64,000 nt of DNA from an uncultured Actinomycetota bacterium (GTDB lineage Bacteria; Actinomycetota; Actinomycetes; Actinomycetales; Dermatophilaceae). The notes under the pieces were generated by a model. That model searched no databases, had not been told where the DNA came from, and saw nothing but the letters and a program-made list of their open reading frames with translations. Of this stretch, positions 32,387 through 42,498 are shown piece by piece (position 1 is the stretch's first letter; each line of letters starts with the position of its first letter). The stretch lies in assembly GCA_963745545.1 (NCBI GenBank), contig CAVUXS010000002.1, forward strand, positions 730,982-794,981. Reading direction: 5' to 3'. The translations under genes were made by a program, and so were the position numbers.

Positions 32387-32495
32387 ATTGATGCAGTGAC
32401 GCAAGGGGCGCGCAGCAAGTCTGCGGTGCCCCTTCGCTGATCAAGGAGACCGGTTGACCGGGCCAACCACGTGCCCAGCGAATGAAGGGACTGCC

Positions 32496-32744
32496 GTGAT
32501 CATCTGCCAGTGCGCGGTCGTGAGTGACCGTTTGGTGACCCAGGCGATCGCCGCTGGTGCGCGAAGCCTCGCGCAGGTGTGCACCGCCACCAACGCTGGT
32601 CGCGACTGCGGCGCGTGCGTGTTCAACGTCAAGCGAGTGATCACCGAGCACCGGCGCAGCGCATCTTGCGGCGTCGGAGAACACCGCATCGAGCGTGGAG
32701 ACAGCCGGCTCAGCTCCGAGAGCCCGGTCGCGAAGTCCGCGTGA
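32496..32744 (+). CDS. bfd: BFD-like [2Fe-2S] ferredoxin
   Basis: VIICQCAVVSD...AGRDCGAC (CxC...CxxC). Confidence 0.8.
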   Translation: MIICQCAVVSDRLVTQAIAAGARSLAQVCTATNAGRDCGACVFNVKRVITEHRRSASCGVGEHRIERGDSRLSSESPVAKSA

Positions 32745-33126
32745 TCCGACTCGTTGCCGAAGTGTTCAAGAAGGCCGGGCGGCGAGCGAGATGGTCGCCC
32801 CCTCCAGTCCTCGGCAGGCTCCGGGGCTTGCCCTTGGCACCTTCCGCGTATGCGTCCGACGCGCTGACCACACGCAACCGCGGCGATGAGATGCACCAGC
32901 TGCTCAGCCTGCGGCTCCAGGGAGTCGGCACGTTTCTCTTGCGTGGGCTTGCGGAGCCCCCACGCCGCCGACAGAAGCATGATCACCCCGCCTGCTCCGA
33001 GGATCATCCAAGCGGGTCTCCAATGCTGCTGTCGCCCATCGGTCAGTCATCGCCAAGACGCAACGTCGGCTCGCGCTCAAACCCATTTGGCTGGACCCGC
33101 ACCGCAATACTCGAGCGGTGCGGTGG

Positions 33127-33324
33127 GTGGTGGAGTTCGTGCTGCAGGTCATCGGCTGGGCGCTGCTCGCCGTGGGTGGCGGGTCGCTCTATCTGCTGGT
33201 GACCACCGGTACGGCGCCAGCGATCGACTCGGCACCCGTGGCCAGCGCTGTCGTGCTCGGGTCCGCCGCGCTGATCTGGGTGACCCGCAGGAGCCTGTAC
33301 AAGAAGCAGTACCGCGGCTACTGA
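33127..33324 (+). CDS. Small two-TM membrane protein
   Basis: Two hydrophobic helices and a basic C-terminus. Confidence 0.45.
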   Translation: MVEFVLQVIGWALLAVGGGSLYLLVTTGTAPAIDSAPVASAVVLGSAALIWVTRRSLYKKQYRGY

Positions 33325-33348
33325 GCTTCGACGACGGCAGGGGAACTC

Positions 33349-34005
33349 ATGACGGACGACGTTCTGGGCTGGGGCATGATCGCGCTCCTCGCGACGATGG
33401 TGGCGGCCGTGGCCCTGCTGTGGCGACGTCGCCCGCCGGAGGCTGTGGTCACGGTCGGCACGGTGCGTGGACAGCGCGGGCTGGCGATCCATCCATGGCG
33501 CGGCCACTGGTTCAGCACGGCGGTGGCCTGGCTGCTGCTGGCGCTACTCGTGATCTGGGGGCTGTCCGAGATCGGGTCCAACAACTACGCCGCCGGGTTC
33601 TTCTTGGTCTGCGCTCTGCTCATGGGCTACGTCGGATGGTGCCGAGTGACCGGCCGAGCCGGTGACGGCACCATCACCCTGACCCCCGAGGGCATCCACC
33701 AGCTCTACGCCGGGTCGGAGGTCTTCATCGACTGGGACGACGTGCGCGGTCTGGTCACGACCCCGAAGGACTTCATCGTCGAGACCACGCGCCCCGTCAT
33801 CCCGACCCAGCACATGCTGCCCCTGGTCGGGGGACGGCGCGGCCTCGTCATGGACGACGCCATCACCCTGCCCCGCCGCGGGCTGCCCCCGCTGCCGTTC
33901 CAGGACATGCTCTACCTGTACTCCACCAGTTCCACGGCGCGCGACGAGCTGGGCGGCGACGAGGTGGTCGAGCGGGCTCGGGGTCTCCTGGCAGAGCTGC
34001 CCTGA
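33349..34005 (+). CDS. Hypothetical membrane protein with possible PH-like soluble domain
   Basis: Three TM segments followed by ITLTPEGI...IDWDDV. Confidence 0.65.
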   Translation: MTDDVLGWGMIALLATMVAAVALLWRRRPPEAVVTVGTVRGQRGLAIHPWRGHWFSTAVAWLLLALLVIWGLSEIGSNNYAAGFFLVCALLMGYVGWCRVTGRAGDGTITLTPEGIHQLYAGSEVFIDWDDVRGLVTTPKDFIVETTRPVIPTQHMLPLVGGRRGLVMDDAITLPRRGLPPLPFQDMLYLYSTSSTARDELGGDEVVERARGLLAELP

Positions 34006-34321
34006 CCAAACCGTGGGAGCGACCCGCGCTGGATCACAAGGCGAACCGACAAGCGCATCCACACGTCGCGCACCAGGGGGACCGCGGGTTCCGGAACGGA
34101 CGGTGCAGCGGTCCGATCAGGGCCAGAGAACCCCAGCATTGCGCAGCATGAACTCGGAGTTTGCATCCCGGCCTTCCTGCGGGTCGGGTGCCGGCTCGAC
34201 GTACTGCCACAGGGCGAAGTCCGCATGTCCTCTGGCAGGACCCGCGGCAGGTCGATGGGCGACCCGACGTTCGACGGATGGCCTGCGTACTCGGCGAGAG
34301 ACTGGCCTGTCTGACGAAGCG

Positions 34322-34724
34322 TCAGGCGCCCAGGACGCCTCGCCACGTCCTGGTGGTCAACGGGCGTTCCCGTGGGCGTTGGCGAGCCGCCGCAGACCTG
34401 GTGTCGACTCGTGACGTGCGGAGCTCGAGGTGATGCATCCGGACCGTCGGCGCCGGATGGGCGATCTCCTTGAACCGATCGGAGGTGACCTCGTGGGGCA
34501 TGGCGATGGAGAGCACGGCGGGGACGCCACTCGAGACGTACTGACCCGGGCGCCAGACGAATGCGAACGCCTTGCGGCGCCGGAAGGTGACCTGGCTCTT
34601 CGTCACCGCCACAGACGCTTCCCCGATGGCGGACACCGCCTGCTGGACCCGGCGAAAGATGGCGAGGCCCTCCGGAAACCCGTCGAAGAGTTCCTGCAGG
34701 GCTGCGTGGAGCGTCGTCGCTCAT
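34322..34724 (-). CDS. DUF5655-like protein, frameshifted or degenerate
   Basis: FDGFPEGLAIFRRV...VTKSQVTFRRRKAFAFVWRPGQY...RFKEIAHPAP...MHHLEL. Confidence 0.65.
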
Positions 34725-34934
34725 CTGCGCAGACTAGACGCGGCGCGGGGTTTGACCCGAGTGAGTCACACCGTGACAGTCAGCGCACGAGAAGTTGCGC
34801 GTCAGTGACCCGCTCCACGGGGCTGCCGCTGAACTACATTCTCCCGTGGCGCCCGACCGGGTACCCGGCCGACGGTTGCGACCGCCGGTCGACTGTTCAG
34901 TTCGGGTCCTTGACCCGCAAAAGGAGTGCGACAC

Positions 34935-35213
34935 ATGCTCACCACCATCATCGTCACCGTGATCTTGGGTGCGATCATTGGCGCCCTGGCACGGCTCGTT
35001 CTTCCCGGCAAGCAGAACATCTCCACCCTCATGACCGTCATCCTGGGCATCATCGGTGCCCTCATCGGCTCATGGCTGTGGACCGGTGTCTTCAACAAGA
35101 GCGACACCTCAGGGATCGACTGGATCGCCCTGATCATGGGCGTCATCGTCGCCGCGATCCTCATCGTCGGCTACGAGCGCCTCATCGCGGGTCGCACGAC
35201 CACTCGCGTCTGA
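34935..35213 (+). CDS. GlsB/YeaQ/YmgE (transglycosylase-associated) membrane protein
   Basis: LGAIIGALARLVLPGKQNI...LGIIGALIGSWL...GIDWI; AAGGAG upstream. Confidence 0.9.
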   Translation: MLTTIIVTVILGAIIGALARLVLPGKQNISTLMTVILGIIGALIGSWLWTGVFNKSDTSGIDWIALIMGVIVAAILIVGYERLIAGRTTTRV

Positions 35214-35229
35214 CGACACCACACCGCTT

Positions 35230-35263
35230 CGCGGCCCCTTCCCGTCGTGGGACCGGGGCCGCG
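35230..35263 (+). terminator. GC-rich hairpin after the GlsB-family gene
   Basis: CGCGGCCCC...GGGGCCGCG inverted repeat just after the stop. Confidence 0.5.
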
Positions 35264-35415
35264 CTGCGTGTATGGCCCATGGAAGGCACGTCGGCGAAGA
35301 GACGCACCGGACAGGGGTAGTTCACAGCTGCTCCGCTCGCGTCGGGGTTGGACGGTCGAGCAGCCGCCCTCGGAACAGGCAGAGGTACACCGGCGGGCGG
35401 CCTACCATCGGGCGC

Positions 35416-36203
35416 ATGATGCGGGGCGGTCTGGCGTGTGTCGGACGGGTACGTCTCCGAGGCGCCGACGGGCGACGCGTGCAGTGGTGGTGGTTGGGGC
35501 TGCCCGTGGTGCCGGTCCAGGGATACCGACTCGCCCGCACGCTCCCTCGCTTCGCTGATGCTGACGGCGTCACGGGTCGAATCGGCTCTGGCGGTCGCCG
35601 CCTGAAGGTCGTCGCACTCGGGGACAGTGTCACGGCGGGGTACGCCATCGAGCATCACCGATCGTCCGTCGCCGGCCAGCTCGCGGTCCGACTCGCCGAC
35701 CGATACGACGCGACGGTGGACTGGCAGGCCGCGCAAGGACCGGTGCCACCGCGGGGCAGGCGGTGAGCCTCGTCTCCGCCGAAGCTCTGGTCGACGCTGA
35801 CCTGGTGTTCGTCTCGATCGGCGTCAACGACCTCAAGAACCTCCACAGCGCGGCCCGTTTCCGCCGCGAACTTCACACGCTCCTCGATGCGATCCTCGCC
35901 GCGGCTCCTCGGGCGCAGGTCTGCCTCCTCGGCATCCCACCGCTTGACCACTTCCCGGCGTTCCCGCGGCCGCTCGCCGACGCCCTCGGCTGGCGAGGCC
36001 GGGTCTTCGACGCCATCGGGGTTGCAGCAGTCCAAGCTCGCGAGAGAGCCTTCCGGATCGAGACCGACGAACCGCTCGGGCCGGAGATGTTCGCCGGCGA
36101 CGGGTTCCACCCGAGCCCGACGCTTCACGCCGCGTTCGCCGACGCTGTCATGGCGGGTCTGTCGATTCCCGAAGACCCCGATGAGGGCGTCCGAACCGGT
36201 TGA
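35416..36203 (+). CDS. SGNH/GDSL hydrolase (one frameshift; start uncertain)
   Basis: ALGDSVTAG, SIGVNDL, DGFHPS blocks. Confidence 0.8.
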
Positions 36204-36318
36204 AAGGCACGGGCGGTGAAGCCCCAGCGTTGACGATCGGGTGCTCGCGTGCAACGTCGGGGAGGCGCTCCGGGCAGGTCCGGGTGGCGACTGGCTCCTA
36301 CGCGGGCAGGGTGACGGA

Positions 36319-37027
36319 TCAGCGTGGCCCGTGAGCGTGTGTTGGTATGCCGGGCACCGAGGTGGACCGGAACCAGTCGGCCAGCTGGTGCACGAGCTCG
36401 GGATCGCCGACGGCCGTGACGGAGCCGTCCCGGACAGCGTCCGTCCAGTCGCACCGGCCCTTCGCCAGCGCGAGGAGCGCCGGCATCGAGGCCTCGACGT
36501 AGAGGTAGCGGCTCTCGTCCAGCAGCGGGTCGCGAAGGCAGCCGTAGGCCTCGATGCCGCCCTCGAGCACGAGCCAGTACCTGCGGTCGAGCCGGTGAGA
36601 CAGGCGGAGCTCGAGGACGACCGGGCGCCGGGGCCCGTCGGTCGGGGTCGGCGCGCTGGGCCAGCCAGCCAAGCACGACATCAGGATCGCGTTCCCACAT
36701 GTCGGGGTCCTCCGGGAGCCAGGTTTCCGCCCAGTCGCGCAACGAGCCCAGTGGCCCCATCAGACCGTGACCGACCGAGGTCAGGCGGTAGGCCGAGGAC
36801 GGGTCCTGCGGGTCGACGCGCGAGACCACCCCCAGCGTCTGCAGCCGGCGAAGTCGATCCGCGAGCACGGACCGCGAGATCCGCCCGGGCAGCCCGGCGA
36901 TGAGGTCGTTGAACCCCTGCGGCCCGAACGTCCCCAGCTGTCGCACGATGAGCAGGCTCCACCGGTCACCCAGGTGCTCGATCGCCTTGGTGTAGGAGCA
37001 GTAGCCGCTCTCCTCACGCGAGCCCAC
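36319..37027 (-). CDS. HxlR-family winged-helix regulator with C-terminal SCP2-like domain, frameshifted
   Basis: YCSYTKAIEHLGDRWSLLIVRQL...ISRSVLADRLRRL...YRLTSVG. Confidence 0.82.
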
Positions 37028-37140
37028 GATGCCCAGTGTCCCACCGACGCGTCGAGGCGGGAGTTCGAGTTTCGAACTGGCCCAGTTCCTCTTGAGCGCC
37101 TCACCGTGGAGGGAGGACGCGTCCATCCAGAGGAGTCACG

Positions 37141-38085
37141 ATGCGAGCACCCACCAACACGAACCGGCCCTCCTCCCTCCCTGCCCACCCTGCGGCGCTG
37201 CGCGAGCGCTATGAGCGGATGGTCCGGTCAGTGGGCGCCACGAATCGCCTGATTCGGATGCCGGGGGGCGGAGCCGTCCACGTGATCGAGGCGGGTGACG
37301 GCCCGCCCGTGGTGCACCTGCACGGCAACAACACGTCGTCGCTGTCGCACCTGATGCTGCTGGAGCACTCCACGCGAGTGCGGTCCTTCCTTGTCGACCG
37401 ACCCGGGTTCGGCCTCAGCGACCCGGACACCTTTCCCCGTCGAGCCTTCCGGCGCCACGCGGTCCGGTTCGTCACCGAGGTCCTCGACGGGCTCGGGTTG
37501 GACGCGGCGGTGCTCGTCGGCGCGTCGGGGGGCGGGGCCTGGGCGCTGTGGTGCGCGCTCGACCGCCCGGAACGGGTACGCGGACTGGTCATGCTGGGGT
37601 CGGTCCCGCTCCTGCCCGGAAGCCGCATCCCGGTTGGCATCCGGGTCGTCGCCACACCGGTGCTGGGTGATGTCCTCACCCGCGTCCTGCGACCGGGCCC
37701 TCGGATGCTCCGGCGCCTGATGTCGCAGATGGGTGAGGGCGACACCATCGTGCGCCACCCCGAGCTGTTCGAGTCGCTCCTCGACGCGGCCCACGACCCG
37801 GTGGCTTCGGCCGCCAACGCGGCCGAGTTCCGGTCCCTCCTCACCCCGTTCGGCGCGCGGGCCCGGACCCGGATCCGCCCTGATGACCTGCGCCGACTGA
37901 CCGTACCGACCCTGATGATCTGGGGAGACCACGACCCGGTGGTCCCGGTCGCACAGGCACGAGCCGTCGCGGGACTGATCCCCGACGCACACCTCGAGGT
38001 GCTCGCAGCAGGCCACGTGCCCCAGCTCGGCCACCCCGAGCAGGTCGCGAAACTGCTGGAACGGTTCGTCGAGGCTCGTTGCTGA
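37141..38085 (+). CDS. Alpha/beta fold hydrolase
   Basis: VVHLHG, DRPGFGLS, GASGGG, IWGDHD, GHVPQL. Confidence 0.9.
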   Translation: MRAPTNTNRPSSLPAHPAALRERYERMVRSVGATNRLIRMPGGGAVHVIEAGDGPPVVHLHGNNTSSLSHLMLLEHSTRVRSFLVDRPGFGLSDPDTFPRRAFRRHAVRFVTEVLDGLGLDAAVLVGASGGGAWALWCALDRPERVRGLVMLGSVPLLPGSRIPVGIRVVATPVLGDVLTRVLRPGPRMLRRLMSQMGEGDTIVRHPELFESLLDAAHDPVASAANAAEFRSLLTPFGARARTRIRPDDLRRLTVPTLMIWGDHDPVVPVAQARAVAGLIPDAHLEVLAAGHVPQLGHPEQVAKLLERFVEARC

Positions 38086-38140
38086 TCCTCCCTGACAACC
38101 CTGGTCCGCGAGGCACAGACGGAGAGGTCCAGTGGCACCG

Positions 38141-38662
38141 TCAACCGGCTGTGGTGAAGCCCTCCACGGAGTCACAGGCCGCAAGCAGTGCCATCGCGTA
38201 GGCGCGCGCCGTGCTGAGCGGGATCTCTTCGCCGCACGCGCCGATGAGCTGCACCGATCCGCCGGTGTCGCAACAGCCCTCCTCGAGCTCGACCTTCCAG
38301 CCCTCGCCTTCGACGATGTGGTGGTGGAGGTTGACGTCGTCCTCGGCCTGATCGCCGTAGGAGAAGTTGTGGGAGTTGCACCACGCGGGGCAGCCTTCGA
38401 TCACCACGGACTCCGAAAGCCTGAGCGAGGCAAGGGAAGCGACGCTGAGTGTGCGGTGGTGCTCGTCGTGGTCGATGCGGCCGGCGAGCCAGTCCTCGGC
38501 CGCTTGCTTCCTCAGGGCGCGGACCTCCTCGATGGTGCGCAGGGTCGAGACCTGCCTGTGGAGGTCGTGCAGCTCGGCGTCGACAAGGCCGAGCGGGTAC
38601 GCGGGGGTGATGCCGCCCGCCGGGCCGACGGCATCCACCTTGGGTGAGTGGTACGTGGTCAT
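38141..38662 (-). CDS. Hypothetical protein with CPxWC...H motif (DUF6907-like)
   Basis: GCPAWCNSHN...LHHH...STARAYAMALLAACD. Confidence 0.55.
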   Translation of the reverse strand: MTTYHSPKVDAVGPAGGITPAYPLGLVDAELHDLHRQVSTLRTIEEVRALRKQAAEDWLAGRIDHDEHHRTLSVASLASLRLSESVVIEGCPAWCNSHNFSYGDQAEDDVNLHHHIVEGEGWKVELEEGCCDTGGSVQLIGACGEEIPLSTARAYAMALLAACDSVEGFTTAG

Positions 38663-38879
38663 GTTGTCCATCCCTGTCCGAATATGCTGAACAGTTTGAC
38701 AGACGAACGCACCGATGGCCCAACAGGGGTGGTTCCAGCCGAGGCGGTGAGCGGCTTGCCCCGTTCTGGCAGCGGAGGCGGGCTCATCCGGTGCCGGCCG
38801 ACCCCGGCGCCGTCTCAGGGCGCGGCCGCGGAGGTTCCCGCGCGGGGCGCTTGGCGCTGCGGGCCGTCGTGGAGCCGAG

Positions 38880-39488
38880 CTGGAGCAGGAGTCCCAGCCG
38901 GTCGGGTACTCCCCCCGGGACCGGATCTGTGTCGCCGCCAGACGGCTCTTCGCGGTCGAGGGGTACCGGATGACGTCGGTGGCGGCCATCGCCGCGGAGG
39001 CCGGCGTCGCCGAGCGCACCGTCTATGCCGCGTTCGGGGCCAAGCGCGAGATCCTCTCGGCCATCTGCGAAGCCTGGCTCGAGGACGCGCACGCCCGAGA
39101 GCTGGTCGCCGCTGCTGTCGCCGAACCGGACCCGCGGCGCACCCTCGAGCTGGCCGCCCGCTTCCTTCGATCCCTGTTCGAGACCGGCTTCGACGTCATG
39201 GTCCTGTTCGACGCGGCCTCGGCCGAGGACCCCCAGACCCGGGCCATGCTCCGTGCCAAGCTGGAGGGGCGAAACCACGTCCAGAACCTCATCGTCGACT
39301 CGGTGCGCGACCACCTGGCCCTGCCGCTGCCGGCCGCCCAAGCCATCTACCGCGCCTTGGCCGCCGTCGGTGTCTACCAGGAGCTCGTCGTCGAATCCGG
39401 CTGGACCATCGACCAGTACGAACAGTGGGTCCTCGCTCAGCTCGCCGGTCAGCTGCTGGGCTCGCCCACAGAACAGCCATCCCAGTGA
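38880..39488 (+). CDS. TetR family regulator (start uncertain)
   Basis: RDRICVAARRLFAVEGY..TSVAAIAAEAGVAERTVYAAFGAKREIL. Confidence 0.85.
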   Translation: MEQESQPVGYSPRDRICVAARRLFAVEGYRMTSVAAIAAEAGVAERTVYAAFGAKREILSAICEAWLEDAHARELVAAAVAEPDPRRTLELAARFLRSLFETGFDVMVLFDAASAEDPQTRAMLRAKLEGRNHVQNLIVDSVRDHLALPLPAAQAIYRALAAVGVYQELVVESGWTIDQYEQWVLAQLAGQLLGSPTEQPSQ

Positions 39489-39765
39489 GGCCGACTCTCT
39501 TCCCGACGCGGGCCGCCGTATCCATGTAGGGCCGCGGCGCGCCGCGCACCGCGCGCCACGGAACCGGTCGCCTTTCCCGGATCCTGGCCCCAACCGGCGC
39601 CGGCCCCACACGCCGCATGCCCGGGGCGGCTCATGACGCGCGCACGCGGCGCTGTGACGCCGGCCGATGAGTCTGGGACTGCCGAGGAGCGGATGCCCGC
39701 GGCGAATGTCTGGTGAGCCCTAGGGTGGGCGAATCTGATTCCGGTCGGCGCGTGAGGATTCCAGG

Positions 39766-40672
39766 ATGGGCGGCACGAGGCTGGCGAGCTGGAATGAGGG
39801 AAGCGCCAAGGACGCGGTCCTGGACTTTGTCCAACGGGTGACCACCGAGGGGCCGGACTTCGTGGCGGTCGCGGATCGGATTGCCGCGTTCGACAACGAC
39901 GGCACGTTGTGGGTGGAGCAGCCATTGCCTCCGCAGTTCGACTTCGTGTTCCGCAAGTGGGCCGAGGAGATCAAGGCGGACCCGTCGCTGGCGGCGCAAC
40001 AGCCGTACAAGGCGATCTTCGAGAGGGACCCGGCCTTCTTGGAGGGGGTGGCGACCCAGGAGCCTGCGGTGATCGAGTCGTTGCTGAAGGCGTTCGCCCG
40101 GTCGTGGGCAGGCAGCACCCCGGCCGAGTTCGACGCCCAGGTCAACCAGTGGCTGGTGACGGTCAAGCAGCCCAAGCTCGGTGTGCTCTACAAGGACCTG
40201 GTCTACAAGCCGATGCTCGAGCTGTTCGACCTGCTCAAGGAGAACGGGTTCCGGGTCTTCGTCTGCTCCGGGGGCGGACGTGACTTCATGCGCGTGTTCG
40301 CCGAGGCGACGTGGGGGATCAACAAGGAGAACGTGATCGGCACGGCTGCGCGAGTACACCTACGTCGACGGGGCGGTGGTCCGGGGGGAGAACATCCTGG
40401 GCAGCCTCGACCTGGGTCCGGGCAAGCCCGAGCACATCTTCGCCCAGACCGGTCGCCTTCCGGTGTTCGCCGGTGGCAACGCCGACGTGGACATCGAGAT
40501 GCTCGAGTCCGCCCAGTTCGCGTTGCTGATCAACCACGACGACGCCCAGCGCGAGTTCGCCTACACGGCGTCCGCGGAGGCCTCGCTGGCCAAGGCCAAA
40601 CAGCTGGGCTGGACGGTCGTGAGCATGAAGGACGACTGGAACACCGTCTTCGGAAAGCTGGCCGACCAGTGA
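39766..40672 (+). CDS. HAD-superfamily hydrolase (one frameshift)
   Basis: LASWNEG, AFDNDGTLWVEQP, VCSGGGRDFMR, GPGKP, GNADVDIEML. Confidence 0.88.
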
Positions 40673-40850
40673 GCGACCTGACCGAGGTCGACATCCTGAT
40701 CGAGCCGGACGCCGCCGCGATCGAGCGCGCCCGTGCGGTGAACCGGCGGATGCCGCTGAGCATCCCGGCCGGCATCACCCTGGACGACACCCCCTGCCGC
40801 ACATCACCGTGCCGCAGCGGTACCTCGTCACTGCCGACACGCCGCGTTCG
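40669..40850 (+). pseudogene. Truncated N-terminus of a hypothetical (possibly 2H-phosphoesterase-like) gene coupled to the HAD gene
   Basis: GTGA overlap; VSDLTEVDILIEPD...ITLDDT, then PHITVPQRYLVTAD in a shifted frame, after which coding character is lost. Confidence 0.45.
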
Positions 40851-41080
40851 TGCGCGACTCGGGTGAGGAGATCAGCCAGACCACCAAGGACTGGGTCGAG
40901 ACTCGGCAACAACGGCACCGCCCGCACCCTGCTCAAGGCCTGGCCCCTGCGTCCCTGATGGTGCGTCCACACATGACCCCGTGTGGGCGCGTGGCTCGGC
41001 CGCAGTGACGCATCGACGAGGTCACGGGTCGACTGTCACGGCGTCGTTGACTGGCGCCGGCCCGCCACTAGTCTCGCGGT

Positions 41081-41674
41081 GTGCCCGAGTTCAGCTGGCG
41101 ACCGGCCAACGACGCGACGAGCGAGGACGTCGAGGCCGTGTTCGACGCCGGCGGCGCCCGCAAGTGCCGCTGCCAGGCGCTCAAGGTCCCGGGCTGGATC
41201 TGGCGCGACACGACCCAGGAGGAGCGCGACGCCGCGCTCCTGGAGCAGGCCGGCTGCGGCACGAGCGGCCCCACGTCCGGCCTCGTCGGGTACGTCGACG
41301 GCGAGCCGGCCGGCTGGGTCGCGGTCGAGCCGCGGGAGAACTACCCGAGGATCTGGGCCCGGCAGAAGTCGTGGATGCGGATGGACCCCGACCTCGAGGG
41401 CGTCTGGTCGGTCACCTGCTTCGTCGTGCGCAAGGGCTTTCGTCGACAGGGGCTGATGTACGAGCTCGCCGCCGCCACCGTCGAGTACGGCAGGCAGGTC
41501 GGCGCTCGCGTCCTCGAGGGCTACCCCACCGAGCCGCCGCCGGGGAAGACCGTGATCTGGGACGAGGCGTCGGTCGGGCTGCTCCAGGTCTTCCTCGACG
41601 CCGGCTACGAGGTCGAGGCGTCGCCCACCCTGCGCCGGAGGGTGGTACGACACCGACTCGGCGCGTCGTCCTGA
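41081..41674 (+). CDS. GNAT family N-acetyltransferase
   Basis: CRCQ, GLVGYVDGEPAGWVAVEPR, WSVTCFVVRKGFRRQG, LEGYP. Confidence 0.88.
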   Translation: MPEFSWRPANDATSEDVEAVFDAGGARKCRCQALKVPGWIWRDTTQEERDAALLEQAGCGTSGPTSGLVGYVDGEPAGWVAVEPRENYPRIWARQKSWMRMDPDLEGVWSVTCFVVRKGFRRQGLMYELAAATVEYGRQVGARVLEGYPTEPPPGKTVIWDEASVGLLQVFLDAGYEVEASPTLRRRVVRHRLGASS

Positions 41675-41781
41675 CGGGGGTCGGTTGCGCACACCTGGCG
41701 CGGCTCGTGAGCCGGGTAGGCGCGACCACGAGTGCTGCTGCGGAGCACCTCGGCGGGTCGACTCCGCACCGGAGGAACCGC

Positions 41782-42123
41782 TCAGGCGAGCAGACTGGCG
41801 CGGATCTCGGCGTGGCGGACGAGGAACGCGCGCTCGTCCAGGCGCTTGCGTCGCATCCAGGACGTGACTTCGTCGTTGCACTTGCTGGCGTTGCACGGCC
41901 CGCAGGCCGGCGCGACATTGTCGAGTGTGTAGCGCCCCCCGCGCGAGATGGGGAGCACGCAGTCGCGCTGCACCGGTCGCTCGGTCGTGCCGCAGTACGC
42001 GCAGCCACCCCACGCGGCCTTGAGTGCCGTCCACTGCTCGTCCGTGAGGTCGTGCTGGACACCAGCCATCCGCCGCTGGCGACGCCGCGCCACCCGCGCC
42101 CGTCGGCTCCGGTTGACCGCCAT
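41782..42123 (-). CDS. HNH endonuclease-like protein
   Basis: CAYCG...DCVLPISRGG...NVAPACGPCNASK; the usual DH catalytic His reads DC here. Confidence 0.82.
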   Translation of the reverse strand: MAVNRSRRARVARRRQRRMAGVQHDLTDEQWTALKAAWGGCAYCGTTERPVQRDCVLPISRGGRYTLDNVAPACGPCNASKCNDEVTSWMRRKRLDERAFLVRHAEIRASLLA

Positions 42124-42440
42124 GGCGACAGCGTAGACACCCTCACCGCCGACGCTACGGGAGACCCGGCTGCCTGCCGCACGTCAACGCGATGGCGGAT
42201 GTTCCTGGCCGGGTGGTCCCTACGGAGCGAACGGGTGCTTCACGTTGCGAAGGGGTGCAGGTTTCGACACCACCCGTGCGCCAGATCCGGATCGGTGACC
42301 CCCGTCGGCGAACCTGGCTTCGGCGGCGTGGCGCTGTCGATCCGGCCCGGAGAACCGGTGGCTGCACCTGGGAGGGGTAGCACGACAAGCTCTCGTTCCA
42401 GCGCGACGCGCGCAGTTCGTGCCCATGGGCGATGGCCGGT

Positions 42441-42489
42441 GCACGCGGAAGGGCCCGCACCCCGAGGGGAGTGCGGGCCCTTCGCGTGC
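42441..42489 (-). terminator. Long hairpin terminator of the M6 protease gene
   Basis: GAAGGGCCCGCAC...GTGCGGGCCCTTC inverted repeat ~10 bp beyond the stop. Confidence 0.7.
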
Positions 42490-42498
42490 CTCACCCGG

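Noticed and set aside
32750-33110. Minus-strand hydrophobic fragment (MILGAGGVIMLLSAAWGLRK)
   Set aside because: Possibly a remnant, but no family could be assigned
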